From a bacterium (lineage in GTDB: Bacteria > Patescibacteriota > Gracilibacteria > UBA1369 > PNNO01), in the NCBI GenBank assembly GCA_013824265.1, contig PNNO01000003.1:12902-76901 (forward strand): a stretch of DNA of 64,000 nt, read 5' to 3'. The notes beneath the pieces were generated by a model, which was given only the letters and a program-made list of their open reading frames with translations, ran no database searches and was not told the origin of the DNA. Made by a program: the position numbers and the translations under genes. Shown here one piece after another: positions 49,011 through 58,204 of this stretch. Every line of letters begins with the position of its first letter. Within the stretch, counting starts at the first letter, position 1.

Positions 49011-49049
49011 TAAAAAAAGATGCGCTAACTTTTACAGCTAGCGCATCTT
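49011..49049 (-). terminator. Rho-independent terminator after secDF.
   Basis: Perfect 11-bp stem aagatgcgcta/tagcgcatctt (49017-49027 / 49039-49049), 11-nt loop, followed on the minus strand by TTTTTTT. Confidence 0.75.
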
Positions 49050-49069
49050 AACATAGGATTATTTGATCA

Positions 49070-52000
49070 TCAACGTTGTTTTTGTCCCATTGATCGATTG
49101 TGCCACCATACAAGAATTGGACTTGCAACGAATATTGAAGAATACGTACCTACAATTACGCCAAGTACCAAGGCAAGTACAAAGTAGAATATCGAACTGC
49201 TTCCAAGGAAAAGTAGCGCACAAAGAGTAATCAATGTTGATATGGAAGTGTTTAAAGATCGTGCCATTGTTTGATTTAACGCTTCGTTTGCAACATCCGC
49301 AAAACTTACTTCTCTGCTCATGTTCTTTAGATTTTCACGTATTCTGTCGAATACAACGATCGTATCATGTACCGAGAATCCAAGAATAGTTAGAAGTGCG
49401 GTAATAAATAGCGCGTCCAGTTCAACATTAAATAAGTATCCAAGTATGGAATAAACTCCGACAACTATGAATATATCGTGTGCCAAAGCTACTATCGCAC
49501 TTAATCCGAATCTCCATGGACTTACATTTCTTGGTATTTTTCTAAATGCGAAAGCTATATAAAGGACTATTGCAAAAAGGGCAAAAATCAACGCAAGAGT
49601 TGCTTTGTATTTCATTGTATCTCCAACTGTGGCCCCAACTGTTGTGAATCTTGTTTCTTCAAAATTCCCGAATCTTTCATTAAGTTTCTTTAATATCTCA
49701 TCGTGTGCTTCCGAAGAAATATATTTTGATTTAACTATGTATCCATCGTTAGACCAAATTATTGATGCATTACTGAAATCAACTTTCTCGTTAACAGCCG
49801 TTAGTGCCGGTTCAGTATTTCCCGTTGCTTCTGTATCAGGTGTGGAATTTACTTCTGCGGCAGTTTCAGTTGTGGTTGCTTCAGTGCCCAAATTCTTACC
49901 GATTTCTTCAAGGCCTGATTTTAAGTCCTCTTGTTTAACTTCATTCTCGAATTTCAACTGCATCAATGTTCCACCTGTGAAATCTATGCCAAGTCTTAAT
50001 CCAAAAGCAGTCATTCCAACAAATGAAATTGCTATAAGTATTCCGGAAAAACCGAGCCAAATTTTTGAATTCTTTATTACAGGAAGAATTCTTCTTTTTC
50101 TATGGTCTTCTTTTGCACCTATAAGGAAAGCGTTGTTAGCTATTTTTGTTCCAACCAATACTTTTAAGAATACCTTTGTTATTGTTACCGCTGTGAACAT
50201 TGATACTAAAATACCCGCAGCAAGGTTGAACGCGAAACCTTGAATGATTGAGCTTCCAAAGTAAAACAAAATTGCACATGTAATTAAAGAAGAGAAGTTA
50301 CTGTCTCGTATACTTGTCCAAGCTCTGTCGAAACCAATATCTATTGCGGAACCAAGGGTTCGTCCGTCTCGTATTTCTTCCTTTATACGTTCGAAAATAA
50401 GAACGTTTGCATCTACAGCCATACCTATTGAAAGAATTACACCTGCAACGCCTGCAAGAGTAAGGACAATAGGATTTGCCAATAGGAACACTATGAAGAA
50501 TAAGGCGAATACTGCAAGAATTGAAGTTAACAGTTTTTCCCATCCGTTATCTTTACTGTTCAAAACTTTCATCATCAGGAATATGAACATTGAAACGGCG
50601 ATGATTACGGCAATGAAAGTATTAAGTTTGCTTTGGATAAGGAATATCAAAATTATTGAATAAATTCCAAGTGCAAGAACTGATAGTAAACCTGGGACTC
50701 TGTAGTAAACAGTCATGTAAATTGCCAAAAGCAAAATTCCCAATATACCTGCCCATAAGCTTTTATTAAGGGCTTCCTGTCCAAGAGTTGAGCCTATTGT
50801 GTATTGTCCGGCTAGAACTATAGGGGCCGGAATTGCTCCCGTATTTAAATCTCTTGCAAGGTTAGTGGCTTCTTCTATTGAGAAATTTCCTTCAATTTGT
50901 GCCTGGCCTCCAACTATTTTGCTGTTTACATTTGGGGCCGAAATCAATTCCCCACCAACGAAAATGGCAAGAGGTTTGTTAACATTTCTTCCAGTAATTT
51001 CAGCGAATAGGTCTCCTCCTTCAGTATTAAACTGTATTGAAACGTATGGTTGATAAACCTGATTAAATTGCACGTTCGCGTGAACAAAGTGTTCACCGGT
51101 AAGTCCGGTATCCTGCCAATCGCTTGGTACGGTTGAATAGAAAATCTTGGCATATTTAATCTGTTCTTCTTTCTTGGTTTCTTCTGAAGCTTCATTAACT
51201 ATGTCCGCCTTTATGATATGGTATCCAAATGGAGTTTCTATAGGCGCACTTACATCACCAACTTTTTGTAATGCCAAAGCTCCAGCCTCAAAAGCGTCAA
51301 CATATTCTCCTGCTCCTGCAGGGCTTGCTAGGACTCCTCCTTTTGTACCTGCATTGCTTGGATCGTCAGTATATTCGTTAGCTAACGCTGCAAAATCTCC
51401 ACCTGCATCAATTTTACCTTTTGCTTCCTGTGCACGTGCAAGTGCTTCTTCTTTTGTTCTTGTTACTGTTGAAGCAGCATTTTGCGCTCCTGAGTATGAA
51501 ACCAAAATATGGCTTGTGAAAACTTTTCTCTCGTTTGTTATTTTTCTTTCAACTTCTTGTTTCTCAAGTAATTTAACGATATTTAAACCTGTAAGTTCTA
51601 TGAATTCTCCTTGTGGAGTAACTGTGTACTCTCCGCTACTTTCAATTGTGCCACTGTAATATTCTTCGGCTGACAGAGCAAAAAGTTTCTCAGCAATATT
51701 TTCATTAACTTCGTCTCTAAATTTCCAATCAACTTCACTATAAGTAACTTTTTCCGGATTTGCCTGTTCTTCTTCTTGTCCAATTAATGCGAAATCTTCT
51801 CCATTCTTAACTCTTTGTAGGGTATCGTTTGCTTCTTTTTCAATTTCCAGTTTCTCATTTGGATCAATTGTCGTTTTTCTCTCTTTAAACTCAAGTTGGA
51901 TTGTTTTTCCAATTGTTGCTTTTGCTTCATCTATGTTTACACCCGCAAGGTCAACTACTATGTGGCTTTCTCCGGCAATTTCAGATATAAATATATTTGG

Positions 52001-52279
52001 CTCTGAAACTCCAAGCCCATTTACTCTTTTATTTATTACTTCTCTTACACCTTCGACTATTGAGGCCTTATCCTCTTGAGGAACTTTTCGAAGATCTATC
52101 TTATAATCCAATTCGGCTCCTCCCTGAAGATCAAGACCCAAATGAACCTTTTGGTCTTTTATGTAGTCAGGTGCCCATTGAACATAAGGTGCTTTTGTCT
52201 CAGTTGGGAGATTAATTACACCTAGGATGAGTGCTGCAAGTAGAATAATTCCGACCTTGCCGAGTAGTTTTCCTTTCAT
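49070..52279 (-). CDS. secDF: Fused protein-export membrane protein SecDF with an inserted parvulin-type PPIase domain.
   Basis: SecD motifs LGLDLQGG, VNGLGVSEP, AIFVGGELISAPNV. SecF motif GIDFTGG plus second 6-TM bundle. aa ~253-359 HILVSY...GGDFAALANEYTDDPSNAGTKGGVL...VSAPIETPFGYHIIKAD is a parvulin signature. Confidence 0.9.
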   Translation of the reverse strand: MKGKLLGKVGIILLAALILGVINLPTETKAPYVQWAPDYIKDQKVHLGLDLQGGAELDYKIDLRKVPQEDKASIVEGVREVINKRVNGLGVSEPNIFISEIAGESHIVVDLAGVNIDEAKATIGKTIQLEFKERKTTIDPNEKLEIEKEANDTLQRVKNGEDFALIGQEEEQANPEKVTYSEVDWKFRDEVNENIAEKLFALSAEEYYSGTIESSGEYTVTPQGEFIELTGLNIVKLLEKQEVERKITNERKVFTSHILVSYSGAQNAASTVTRTKEEALARAQEAKGKIDAGGDFAALANEYTDDPSNAGTKGGVLASPAGAGEYVDAFEAGALALQKVGDVSAPIETPFGYHIIKADIVNEASEETKKEEQIKYAKIFYSTVPSDWQDTGLTGEHFVHANVQFNQVYQPYVSIQFNTEGGDLFAEITGRNVNKPLAIFVGGELISAPNVNSKIVGGQAQIEGNFSIEEATNLARDLNTGAIPAPIVLAGQYTIGSTLGQEALNKSLWAGILGILLLAIYMTVYYRVPGLLSVLALGIYSIILIFLIQSKLNTFIAVIIAVSMFIFLMMKVLNSKDNGWEKLLTSILAVFALFFIVFLLANPIVLTLAGVAGVILSIGMAVDANVLIFERIKEEIRDGRTLGSAIDIGFDRAWTSIRDSNFSSLITCAILFYFGSSIIQGFAFNLAAGILVSMFTAVTITKVFLKVLVGTKIANNAFLIGAKEDHRKRRILPVIKNSKIWLGFSGILIAISFVGMTAFGLRLGIDFTGGTLMQLKFENEVKQEDLKSGLEEIGKNLGTEATTTETAAEVNSTPDTEATGNTEPALTAVNEKVDFSNASIIWSNDGYIVKSKYISSEAHDEILKKLNERFGNFEETRFTTVGATVGDTMKYKATLALIFALFAIVLYIAFAFRKIPRNVSPWRFGLSAIVALAHDIFIVVGVYSILGYLFNVELDALFITALLTILGFSVHDTIVVFDRIRENLKNMSREVSFADVANEALNQTMARSLNTSISTLITLCALLFLGSSSIFYFVLALVLGVIVGTYSSIFVASPILVWWHNRSMGQKQR

Positions 52280-52306
52280 TTACGTGTGGTTTAGATATAT
52301 AAAAAT

Positions 52307-52762
52307 TTATATGTTCTGTTGATTGTGAAGCTGTTTATCCAAATTCTCGTCATTTCCTTTTCCGCTTCTTCCATAATCATCCTGAAGTTTTACTACGTCA
52401 GTTAAATGAGGGGTTGAAACTTCGAAAATCTGTGAATCCTCCATAGCTTGGGCTCTGTGTATTGTGTAAGGACGCACGTCAAACTTGTCTCCGGGCTGCA
52501 ATATTATTTCTTTAAGAGCATCCCTGTCTTTTCCGTATGTCATTTTTACTTTTCCGGAATAAACATACTGTGTTTCTTCTTTTTCTTCGTGGTATTGAAG
52601 GGAATAACGATGCCCTTTTTTTATTTCAAGTACTTTGCCGGCATAATGATCGTTTTGCGCAAACCAGATTTCTTTACCCCAAGGTTTTAATTTAGTCTGA
52701 ACTGGATGTGCTTTTCCCTGATCCATACACTTTATAATTAATGCGCACACAATATACGGCAA
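52307..52762 (-). CDS. Cupin-fold protein, type II mannose-6-phosphate isomerase-like.
   Basis: KPWGKEIWFAQNDHYAGKVLEIKKGHRYSLQYHEEKEETQYVYSG matches the PMI type II cupin motif. An alternative start lies at 52726. Confidence 0.7.
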   Translation of the reverse strand: MPYIVCALIIKCMDQGKAHPVQTKLKPWGKEIWFAQNDHYAGKVLEIKKGHRYSLQYHEEKEETQYVYSGKVKMTYGKDRDALKEIILQPGDKFDVRPYTIHRAQAMEDSQIFEVSTPHLTDVVKLQDDYGRSGKGNDENLDKQLHNQQNI

Positions 52763-52780
52763 ACTATCCTATTTGGAAAG

Positions 52781-53857
52781 CTATAAGTACTCCTTTTTGC
52801 CCTCCAGGAGGTTGACAATTTTCTTAACATCTTGGCTTCTATCCTTTGGGCAGATTAAAAGTGCGTCGGGGGTGTCTATTATAACGATATTTTCAAGGCC
52901 AATGGTGGCTATTATCTTATTTGGATTATCTGACTTTATAAGTGATCCCTTTGTGTCGACAGAAATGAAATTTGCTTGTATTACGTTATCTCCCGGATTT
53001 TTGATAAGCTCATCGTGTATTGATTCCCATGTTCCAACGTCGCTCCAGCCAAAGTCTGCCGGAATTATTCTTACTTCATTCGGACTTACTTTTTCCATTA
53101 TTGCATAGTCGATTGAGATTTTCTCGCATGAAGCATACTCTTTTTCGACTATGGACTCTTCTTGTTCTGTGCCGATGGCATTTTTCATCTTAATTAACTT
53201 CTCGTATGTGTCAGGAAGGTGTTTTTTGTATTTTTCAAGAATTGTATCTATTCTCCATACGTACATTCCCGTGTTCCAAAGATAGTCTCCGGATTCTATA
53301 AACTGCTTTGCCTTTTCCAAATCAGGCTTCTCGGTGAATTTTTTAAATTCCAATACTTCGTTCCCGTCTATTTCCTCAATTTTTTTACCTGCCTGAACAT
53401 ATCCAAGATTAACGTTTGGAGATTTTGCTTTAACTTCAATGATGTTTAGAGTTTTTTGCTCTTTTGCCAATTTCTCGGCAACTTTAAGTTTTTCAATAAA
53501 CTGATCAGTGTCCTTAACAAGGTGGTCTGCATAAATAATAGCCATTACATCCTCAGGATCTATAAGACTAAGTTTCATTGCCGCAAAGCCTATACAAGTT
53601 GCGGTATCTCTAAGTGATGGTTCCAAAATAATATTGCTTGATGGAATTTCCGGTAGTTGCTGTAAAAGTATATCTTCAAAAAAGTCTTTGTTTGTAGCAA
53701 TAAAAATATCTTCAGGTCTTAAGAAAGAAAGTCTTTCGTAAGTTTCCTGAATCATGGTCTTTTCACCCGTGATTTTTTGAAATTGTTTTGGCTTTTTATT
53801 CCTGCTTAAGGGCCAAAGTCTTGATCCTACGCCCCCAGCCAATATTACTGCTTTCAT
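52781..53857 (-). CDS. manC: Mannose-1-phosphate guanylyltransferase (nucleotidyltransferase domain only).
   Basis: MKAVILAGGVGSRLWPLSR at the N-terminus. 358 aa. The cupin partner is encoded separately downstream. Confidence 0.85.
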   Translation of the reverse strand: MKAVILAGGVGSRLWPLSRNKKPKQFQKITGEKTMIQETYERLSFLRPEDIFIATNKDFFEDILLQQLPEIPSSNIILEPSLRDTATCIGFAAMKLSLIDPEDVMAIIYADHLVKDTDQFIEKLKVAEKLAKEQKTLNIIEVKAKSPNVNLGYVQAGKKIEEIDGNEVLEFKKFTEKPDLEKAKQFIESGDYLWNTGMYVWRIDTILEKYKKHLPDTYEKLIKMKNAIGTEQEESIVEKEYASCEKISIDYAIMEKVSPNEVRIIPADFGWSDVGTWESIHDELIKNPGDNVIQANFISVDTKGSLIKSDNPNKIIATIGLENIVIIDTPDALLICPKDRSQDVKKIVNLLEGKKEYL

Positions 53858-53864
53858 CTTGAGT

Positions 53865-55385
53865 TTACTTCTTAATAATTAATGACTTGCCGCTCATACT
53901 AAACGGTTTTCTTATTTTTAACAAATCTAGTATGGTTGGGGTTATATCACAAAGCCCTCCATGTCCTTTAAGTTTAGCATTTCTGTATCTTTCCGAAACA
54001 AGAATAAAAATTACAGGGTTCAATGTGTGTGACGGGCAGTCTTCTCCATTTGCATATTTCATGTATTCCGAATTACCATGATCTGCAGTTAAAAGTACGT
54101 CATATCCTTTTTCCTGAGCCGTAGGAATTATTTCACCTATACATCTATCTATTGCTTCCAGGCCTTTTACCGTGGCTTTGTAGTCTCCGGAATGTCCTAC
54201 GAGATCTCCATTCGCAAAATTAACAACCACAAGCTTGAAATCCTTTTTCTCCAATTCCTTTAAAAGTGAATCTTTTATTTCAAATACGCTCATTTCCGGT
54301 TTTTCCGCATACGATGCTACTTTTGAAGAGGGGACCAGTACGCGTTTTTCAAGAGGATATGGGGTTTTATCCTGACTGTTTAAAAAGAACGTTACATGTG
54401 CGTATTTCTCTGTCTCGGCAACTCTTAATTGCGGGAACTTCTTTTTGCTGATCAACTTTCCTAAGTTTATTTTTATTGAAGGTGCAGGAAATGCCACAGG
54501 TGCTATTGTCGAATATGGCCCGAAGCAAACAAAATGCGGACTCACTTTTTTATTTTGCTTGAACTCATTAAATTTTGGTTTTGTAAAAGCGTCCGTTAAT
54601 TGACTTGCTCTGTCGCTTCTGTAATTAAAGAAAATCACACTGTCTTTGTCTTCTATAAGTCCGTTTTTATCAAAAATAATCGGTTTAATATAATAATCCG
54701 ATTCAATTCCTTTGTTGTATTGCTGCTTTAAAGCTTTAATGGGATCGGCTGCTTTTTCTCCTTTTCCCAATGTTAATAAATCATAAGCTTTTTGTGTTCT
54801 TCCCCAGTTTTTGTCACGATCCATTGCATAAAATCTTCCTATCATTGTCGCAAGCTTTCCGATTCCAATAATACTTATTTCTTTTTTTATTCCTTTTAAG
54901 AATTTTTCTCCCGATTTTTCAGGGACATCTCTTCCGTCCGTGAAAGCATGTATATAAACGTTTTTTACTTTATATTTTTTTGCCAGTTTTAAAAGTTCAA
55001 AAAGATGTCTGTAGTCGCTGTGTACCCCCTGATCGGAAATCATCCCCATCAAGTGAAGTTTTGAATCATTCTTTTTTACTATTTTTATTGCTTTTTTAAA
55101 TTCCTTTTTTCTAAAAAACTTTTTATTTTTAATACTTCGATTAATTTCTTCAAGTGATTGCCAAACAATTTTTCCGGCTCCGATTGTGTAGTGGCCTACT
55201 TCAGAACCGCCCTGGAATCCTTTTGGAAGGCCGACGGCGTTACCACTTGCATCCAAAAGAGTCTTTGGATAATGCTTTCTTAGCTTATCTATATTTGGAG
55301 TTTTGGCGTTTGTAACTGCATTCCACTTATATTTTTTTCCTTCTCCGTATCCGTCCAAAATGATTAACAGCGTTTTGTTTTTCAT
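53865..55385 (-). CDS. gpmI: 2,3-bisphosphoglycerate-independent phosphoglycerate mutase.
   Basis: LLIILDGYGEG at the N-terminus, ADHGNSE near the C-terminus, 506 aa. Confidence 0.9.
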   Translation of the reverse strand: MKNKTLLIILDGYGEGKKYKWNAVTNAKTPNIDKLRKHYPKTLLDASGNAVGLPKGFQGGSEVGHYTIGAGKIVWQSLEEINRSIKNKKFFRKKEFKKAIKIVKKNDSKLHLMGMISDQGVHSDYRHLFELLKLAKKYKVKNVYIHAFTDGRDVPEKSGEKFLKGIKKEISIIGIGKLATMIGRFYAMDRDKNWGRTQKAYDLLTLGKGEKAADPIKALKQQYNKGIESDYYIKPIIFDKNGLIEDKDSVIFFNYRSDRASQLTDAFTKPKFNEFKQNKKVSPHFVCFGPYSTIAPVAFPAPSIKINLGKLISKKKFPQLRVAETEKYAHVTFFLNSQDKTPYPLEKRVLVPSSKVASYAEKPEMSVFEIKDSLLKELEKKDFKLVVVNFANGDLVGHSGDYKATVKGLEAIDRCIGEIIPTAQEKGYDVLLTADHGNSEYMKYANGEDCPSHTLNPVIFILVSERYRNAKLKGHGGLCDITPTILDLLKIRKPFSMSGKSLIIKK

Positions 55386-55396
55386 GAATATGTTAA

Positions 55397-56200
55397 TTAA
55401 AGTAAGGTGCTAATATACATGTTTAAAAGATCATTTCCAAAGAAAAGCGTTATGAATGTTCCTATTACCAAAAAAGGAGCAAATGGGATTTTTGAAGTAC
55501 CCTTAACTTTCTTGGCAAGCATTAATATAAGTGTGACAATAAGTCCAACAAAGTAAGTTAATACCAGAGCTACCAAAAAAAGTTTCCATCCGAAAAACAG
55601 TCCCATCATAATTCCGACCTGTGTGTCTCCGGCTCCAAGCCATTGTTCTTTACTTATCATAACTTGCAATCCAAAAAATATTGCAGCGATTCCTCCGCCT
55701 ATCGCCATTTCATAAAAAGATATTGATGGAGAGAAAATTCCCCATATGAAAATTAAAATGATTGCCGGAATTGTATATATCTCCGGGATTTCCATGTTTT
55801 GTATGTCGTAAAACAGAATGCCTATAAAACACAAACCGATTATTCCCGTATATATAAAATTTATAAGCAAAAACGGATCAAAGTAATTTATGCCTTCAGC
55901 CGTAAGATTTATAAAAGGTGCATGAATGAAAATTGCAGATAAAATTAAACCTGAAACTAATTCCAAAAGGGGATAATGCATGCTTATTTTTTTCCCACAT
56001 GACATACATCTGCCTTTCCCGATTAAATAAGAGAATATGGGAATAAGTTGTCGGATTTTTAATTTTTTGTGACAGCTTGTGCACTGGGATCTTCCAAAAA
56101 ATATACCCTTTTTCTTTTTCTTAACGCGATAATTAACAACACTTAAAAAGCTTCCGAATATTGTTCCTAAAATGAAAAGTCCAATCGCTGGAATTATCAT
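55397..56200 (-). CDS. pilD: Type IV prepilin peptidase / N-methyltransferase (A24 family).
   Basis: Cys motif CTSCHKKL...CMSCGKKISMHYPLLEL. Polytopic membrane domain with GAGDTQ. Confidence 0.85.
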   Translation of the reverse strand: MIIPAIGLFILGTIFGSFLSVVNYRVKKKKKGIFFGRSQCTSCHKKLKIRQLIPIFSYLIGKGRCMSCGKKISMHYPLLELVSGLILSAIFIHAPFINLTAEGINYFDPFLLINFIYTGIIGLCFIGILFYDIQNMEIPEIYTIPAIILIFIWGIFSPSISFYEMAIGGGIAAIFFGLQVMISKEQWLGAGDTQVGIMMGLFFGWKLFLVALVLTYFVGLIVTLILMLAKKVKGTSKIPFAPFLVIGTFITLFFGNDLLNMYISTLL

Positions 56201-56208
56201 GCTTGATA

Positions 56209-57678
56209 TTAATTAAAGATATTAACCATGAACGAATTATTTTTTTCCTTTTCCAAAATAGAATTATAACGTGATGCGGCAAGGGTGCCGGTTGAAGATC
56301 CATTTCCCATCTCAAAAGCCTTTTTATAAAATTCTTTTGCCTTATCCATATTGTTTTGTCTTTCATACATCCATCCCATGTTCAGGTATGGAGCATCAAA
56401 ATTACCGGACAAAGAAATTGCTTTTTCAAGATTTCTTCTGCCATTCATATAGTCTTTATTTGCAACTTGAGACCATCCAAGAAGATTATAACTCATTGCG
56501 TTGTCAGGGTGGTGTAATTGTGCTTTCTCAGATAAAGCGATGGCCTTCTCCGGCTTGTTTAATTTTTCTATATAAAGCCATATTGGTCTTACGAAATAAT
56601 CTATTTCGGTTGAATTTAAAGTTATAACCTCCTCGTATTTTTCTGCGGAATTTTCGTAGTCTTCAAGTAGAAAATATAGCTCGGCAAGTTTTTGCTCAGC
56701 ATGAATTTTTGGTTCGTATCCGTTTTCCAGAGCCTGTTCAAGCTCCTTGATTGCTTTCTCAACTTCATCATTTCCTGCATATGCAAGGCCGAGATAAAAT
56801 AAGGTTTCAGGTTTTTCAGGATCTTGCTGTTTTGCTTCTTCAAGCGCGTCGATAGCGTCTTTGAACTGTTTAAGTTTTAAATAACTGTATCCAAGTATTA
56901 TCCATGCGTCTCTGTATTCTCGGGTTTCTTTTAAGACCGGCCATATAACTTCTTTTGCCAAACGGTGCTCACCAACCTGAGCAAAACTTCTTGCCATAAG
57001 AACGCGTAAATGGTTGTTTAGTCCCGCAGCATATCTGTCGAATTCATTAAGACCGTTAACGAAATTAAGAGCGTTTCGCGCTACTACTTCGTCACCGTTT
57101 TCTTTGGTGGAGGCTGCTTCGAGCAATGTTCTGCCGCGTTCGTACTCGCCAAAATAAACTGCCATTATGCCCTGATAGTATTGAACTTTTTGATCATCGC
57201 TGGTTATGCTGTCAAAAATATTTTTTGCTTCAGGGAAATTTTCAAGTCCGATATTGGCTTGTCCAAGATAAAGTTTGGCTAGTCCGCTATTTTGATCAAT
57301 CGTAAGGATATGAGCGCTCATGTCTTTTGCTTTTTGATATTCCTGTTGTAGCAGCTGTATCGAAGCTATTTTAAGTAACGGCTCTTTGTTTAATTCCGCC
57401 TTTTGACTTGCTTGCGTATATGCATCAATAGCAAGATCGTAAAGTCCGTTTTCAGCATAAACTTTTCCTTTCTCCATTAACTCGTCATAAGATTTTGAAC
57501 GTGTCACTTTTTGTATCTCTTCCTGTTGTGCCGGGGTTATATTTTGCTGCACTAATTCTTCTTCCTGCGTTTTTTGTTCACTCAAGAAAGGTATATCAAT
57601 AACATCAAACACATAGAGTGTCAGAATTATTAGCGTAGTAAGCAGTAAAAAGTTTAAGACGGTTAAAAATTTGTTCAT
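56209..57678 (-). CDS. Membrane-anchored TPR-repeat protein.
   Basis: The track ORF starts at 57723, but ATG 57678 (MNKFLTVLNFLLLTTLIILTLYVF) forms an ATGA overlap with the ruvC stop. Multiple TPR-like A/Y/L repeats (AIDAYTQASQ, AKEFYKKAFE). Confidence 0.75.
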   Translation of the reverse strand: MNKFLTVLNFLLLTTLIILTLYVFDVIDIPFLSEQKTQEEELVQQNITPAQQEEIQKVTRSKSYDELMEKGKVYAENGLYDLAIDAYTQASQKAELNKEPLLKIASIQLLQQEYQKAKDMSAHILTIDQNSGLAKLYLGQANIGLENFPEAKNIFDSITSDDQKVQYYQGIMAVYFGEYERGRTLLEAASTKENGDEVVARNALNFVNGLNEFDRYAAGLNNHLRVLMARSFAQVGEHRLAKEVIWPVLKETREYRDAWIILGYSYLKLKQFKDAIDALEEAKQQDPEKPETLFYLGLAYAGNDEVEKAIKELEQALENGYEPKIHAEQKLAELYFLLEDYENSAEKYEEVITLNSTEIDYFVRPIWLYIEKLNKPEKAIALSEKAQLHHPDNAMSYNLLGWSQVANKDYMNGRRNLEKAISLSGNFDAPYLNMGWMYERQNNMDKAKEFYKKAFEMGNGSSTGTLAASRYNSILEKEKNNSFMVNIFN

Positions 57679-58169
57679 GTTTGCATGTAAAGTGATTTGT
57701 TTCTGTGGGTATTCCCGTGACACAAAGCTATCGCAAGTGCATCTGCGGTGTCGTCCGGCGTAGGTAACTCCGCAAGCCTAAGCAATAATTGCGTAATTCT
57801 TTGCATTTGCGGTTTTTTTGCTTTGCCGTCGCTACAAAGGGCTTTTTTAATTACCATTGGATTATAAGAATAAAGCGGAATGTTATGTCTTTGAATTTTT
57901 TCCAGTATTACTCCGCGTGCGTGTGCAACCGAAAGTGCGGTTTTTGTGTTTTTTGAAAAGAAAAGTTCTTCAACTGCGGCAACATCTGGTGAATGAGCCA
58001 AAATAAGAGATTCAATGTCGTCTGCTATTTCGGACAGCCTATGTTCAAGAGGTGTATTTGCCTTTGTGGTAATACATCCACAGTCAACAACATTGTAATT
58101 ATCTGCGTCTAAATCTATTATCCCGTAGCCCACACGTGCAGTCCCTGGATCAATGCCTAAAATGCGCAT
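57675..58169 (-). CDS. ruvC: Holliday junction resolvase RuvC.
   Basis: MRILGIDPGTARVGYGII ... VAAVEELFFSKN ... DTADALAIALCH are catalytic acidic motifs. Confidence 0.92.
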   Translation of the reverse strand: MRILGIDPGTARVGYGIIDLDADNYNVVDCGCITTKANTPLEHRLSEIADDIESLILAHSPDVAAVEELFFSKNTKTALSVAHARGVILEKIQRHNIPLYSYNPMVIKKALCSDGKAKKPQMQRITQLLLRLAELPTPDDTADALAIALCHGNTHRNKSLYMQT

Positions 58170-58204
58170 ATTTAAGAAGCTTAAAGTTCCTTCTTATAAT
58201 ACTT

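Noticed and set aside
48190-49069. Integrated mobile element at the tRNA-Arg locus.
   Set aside because: There is no integrase, recombinase or phage gene. I could find no direct repeat of the tRNA 3' end. The only cargo-like gene is the 197 aa repeat ORFan.
49605-51659. Plus-strand ORFs of 212 aa and 170 aa inside secDF.
   Set aside because: They are antisense to a strongly supported SecDF frame, with Ser/Pro/Ala-rich shadow composition.
57675-57677. Possibility of an alternative genetic code (UGA as Gly/Trp, as in some candidate phyla).
   Set aside because: TGA ends well-defined genes at the expected length (ruvC, secDF, and the 8989 membrane gene). All family-assigned genes are full length under the standard code.
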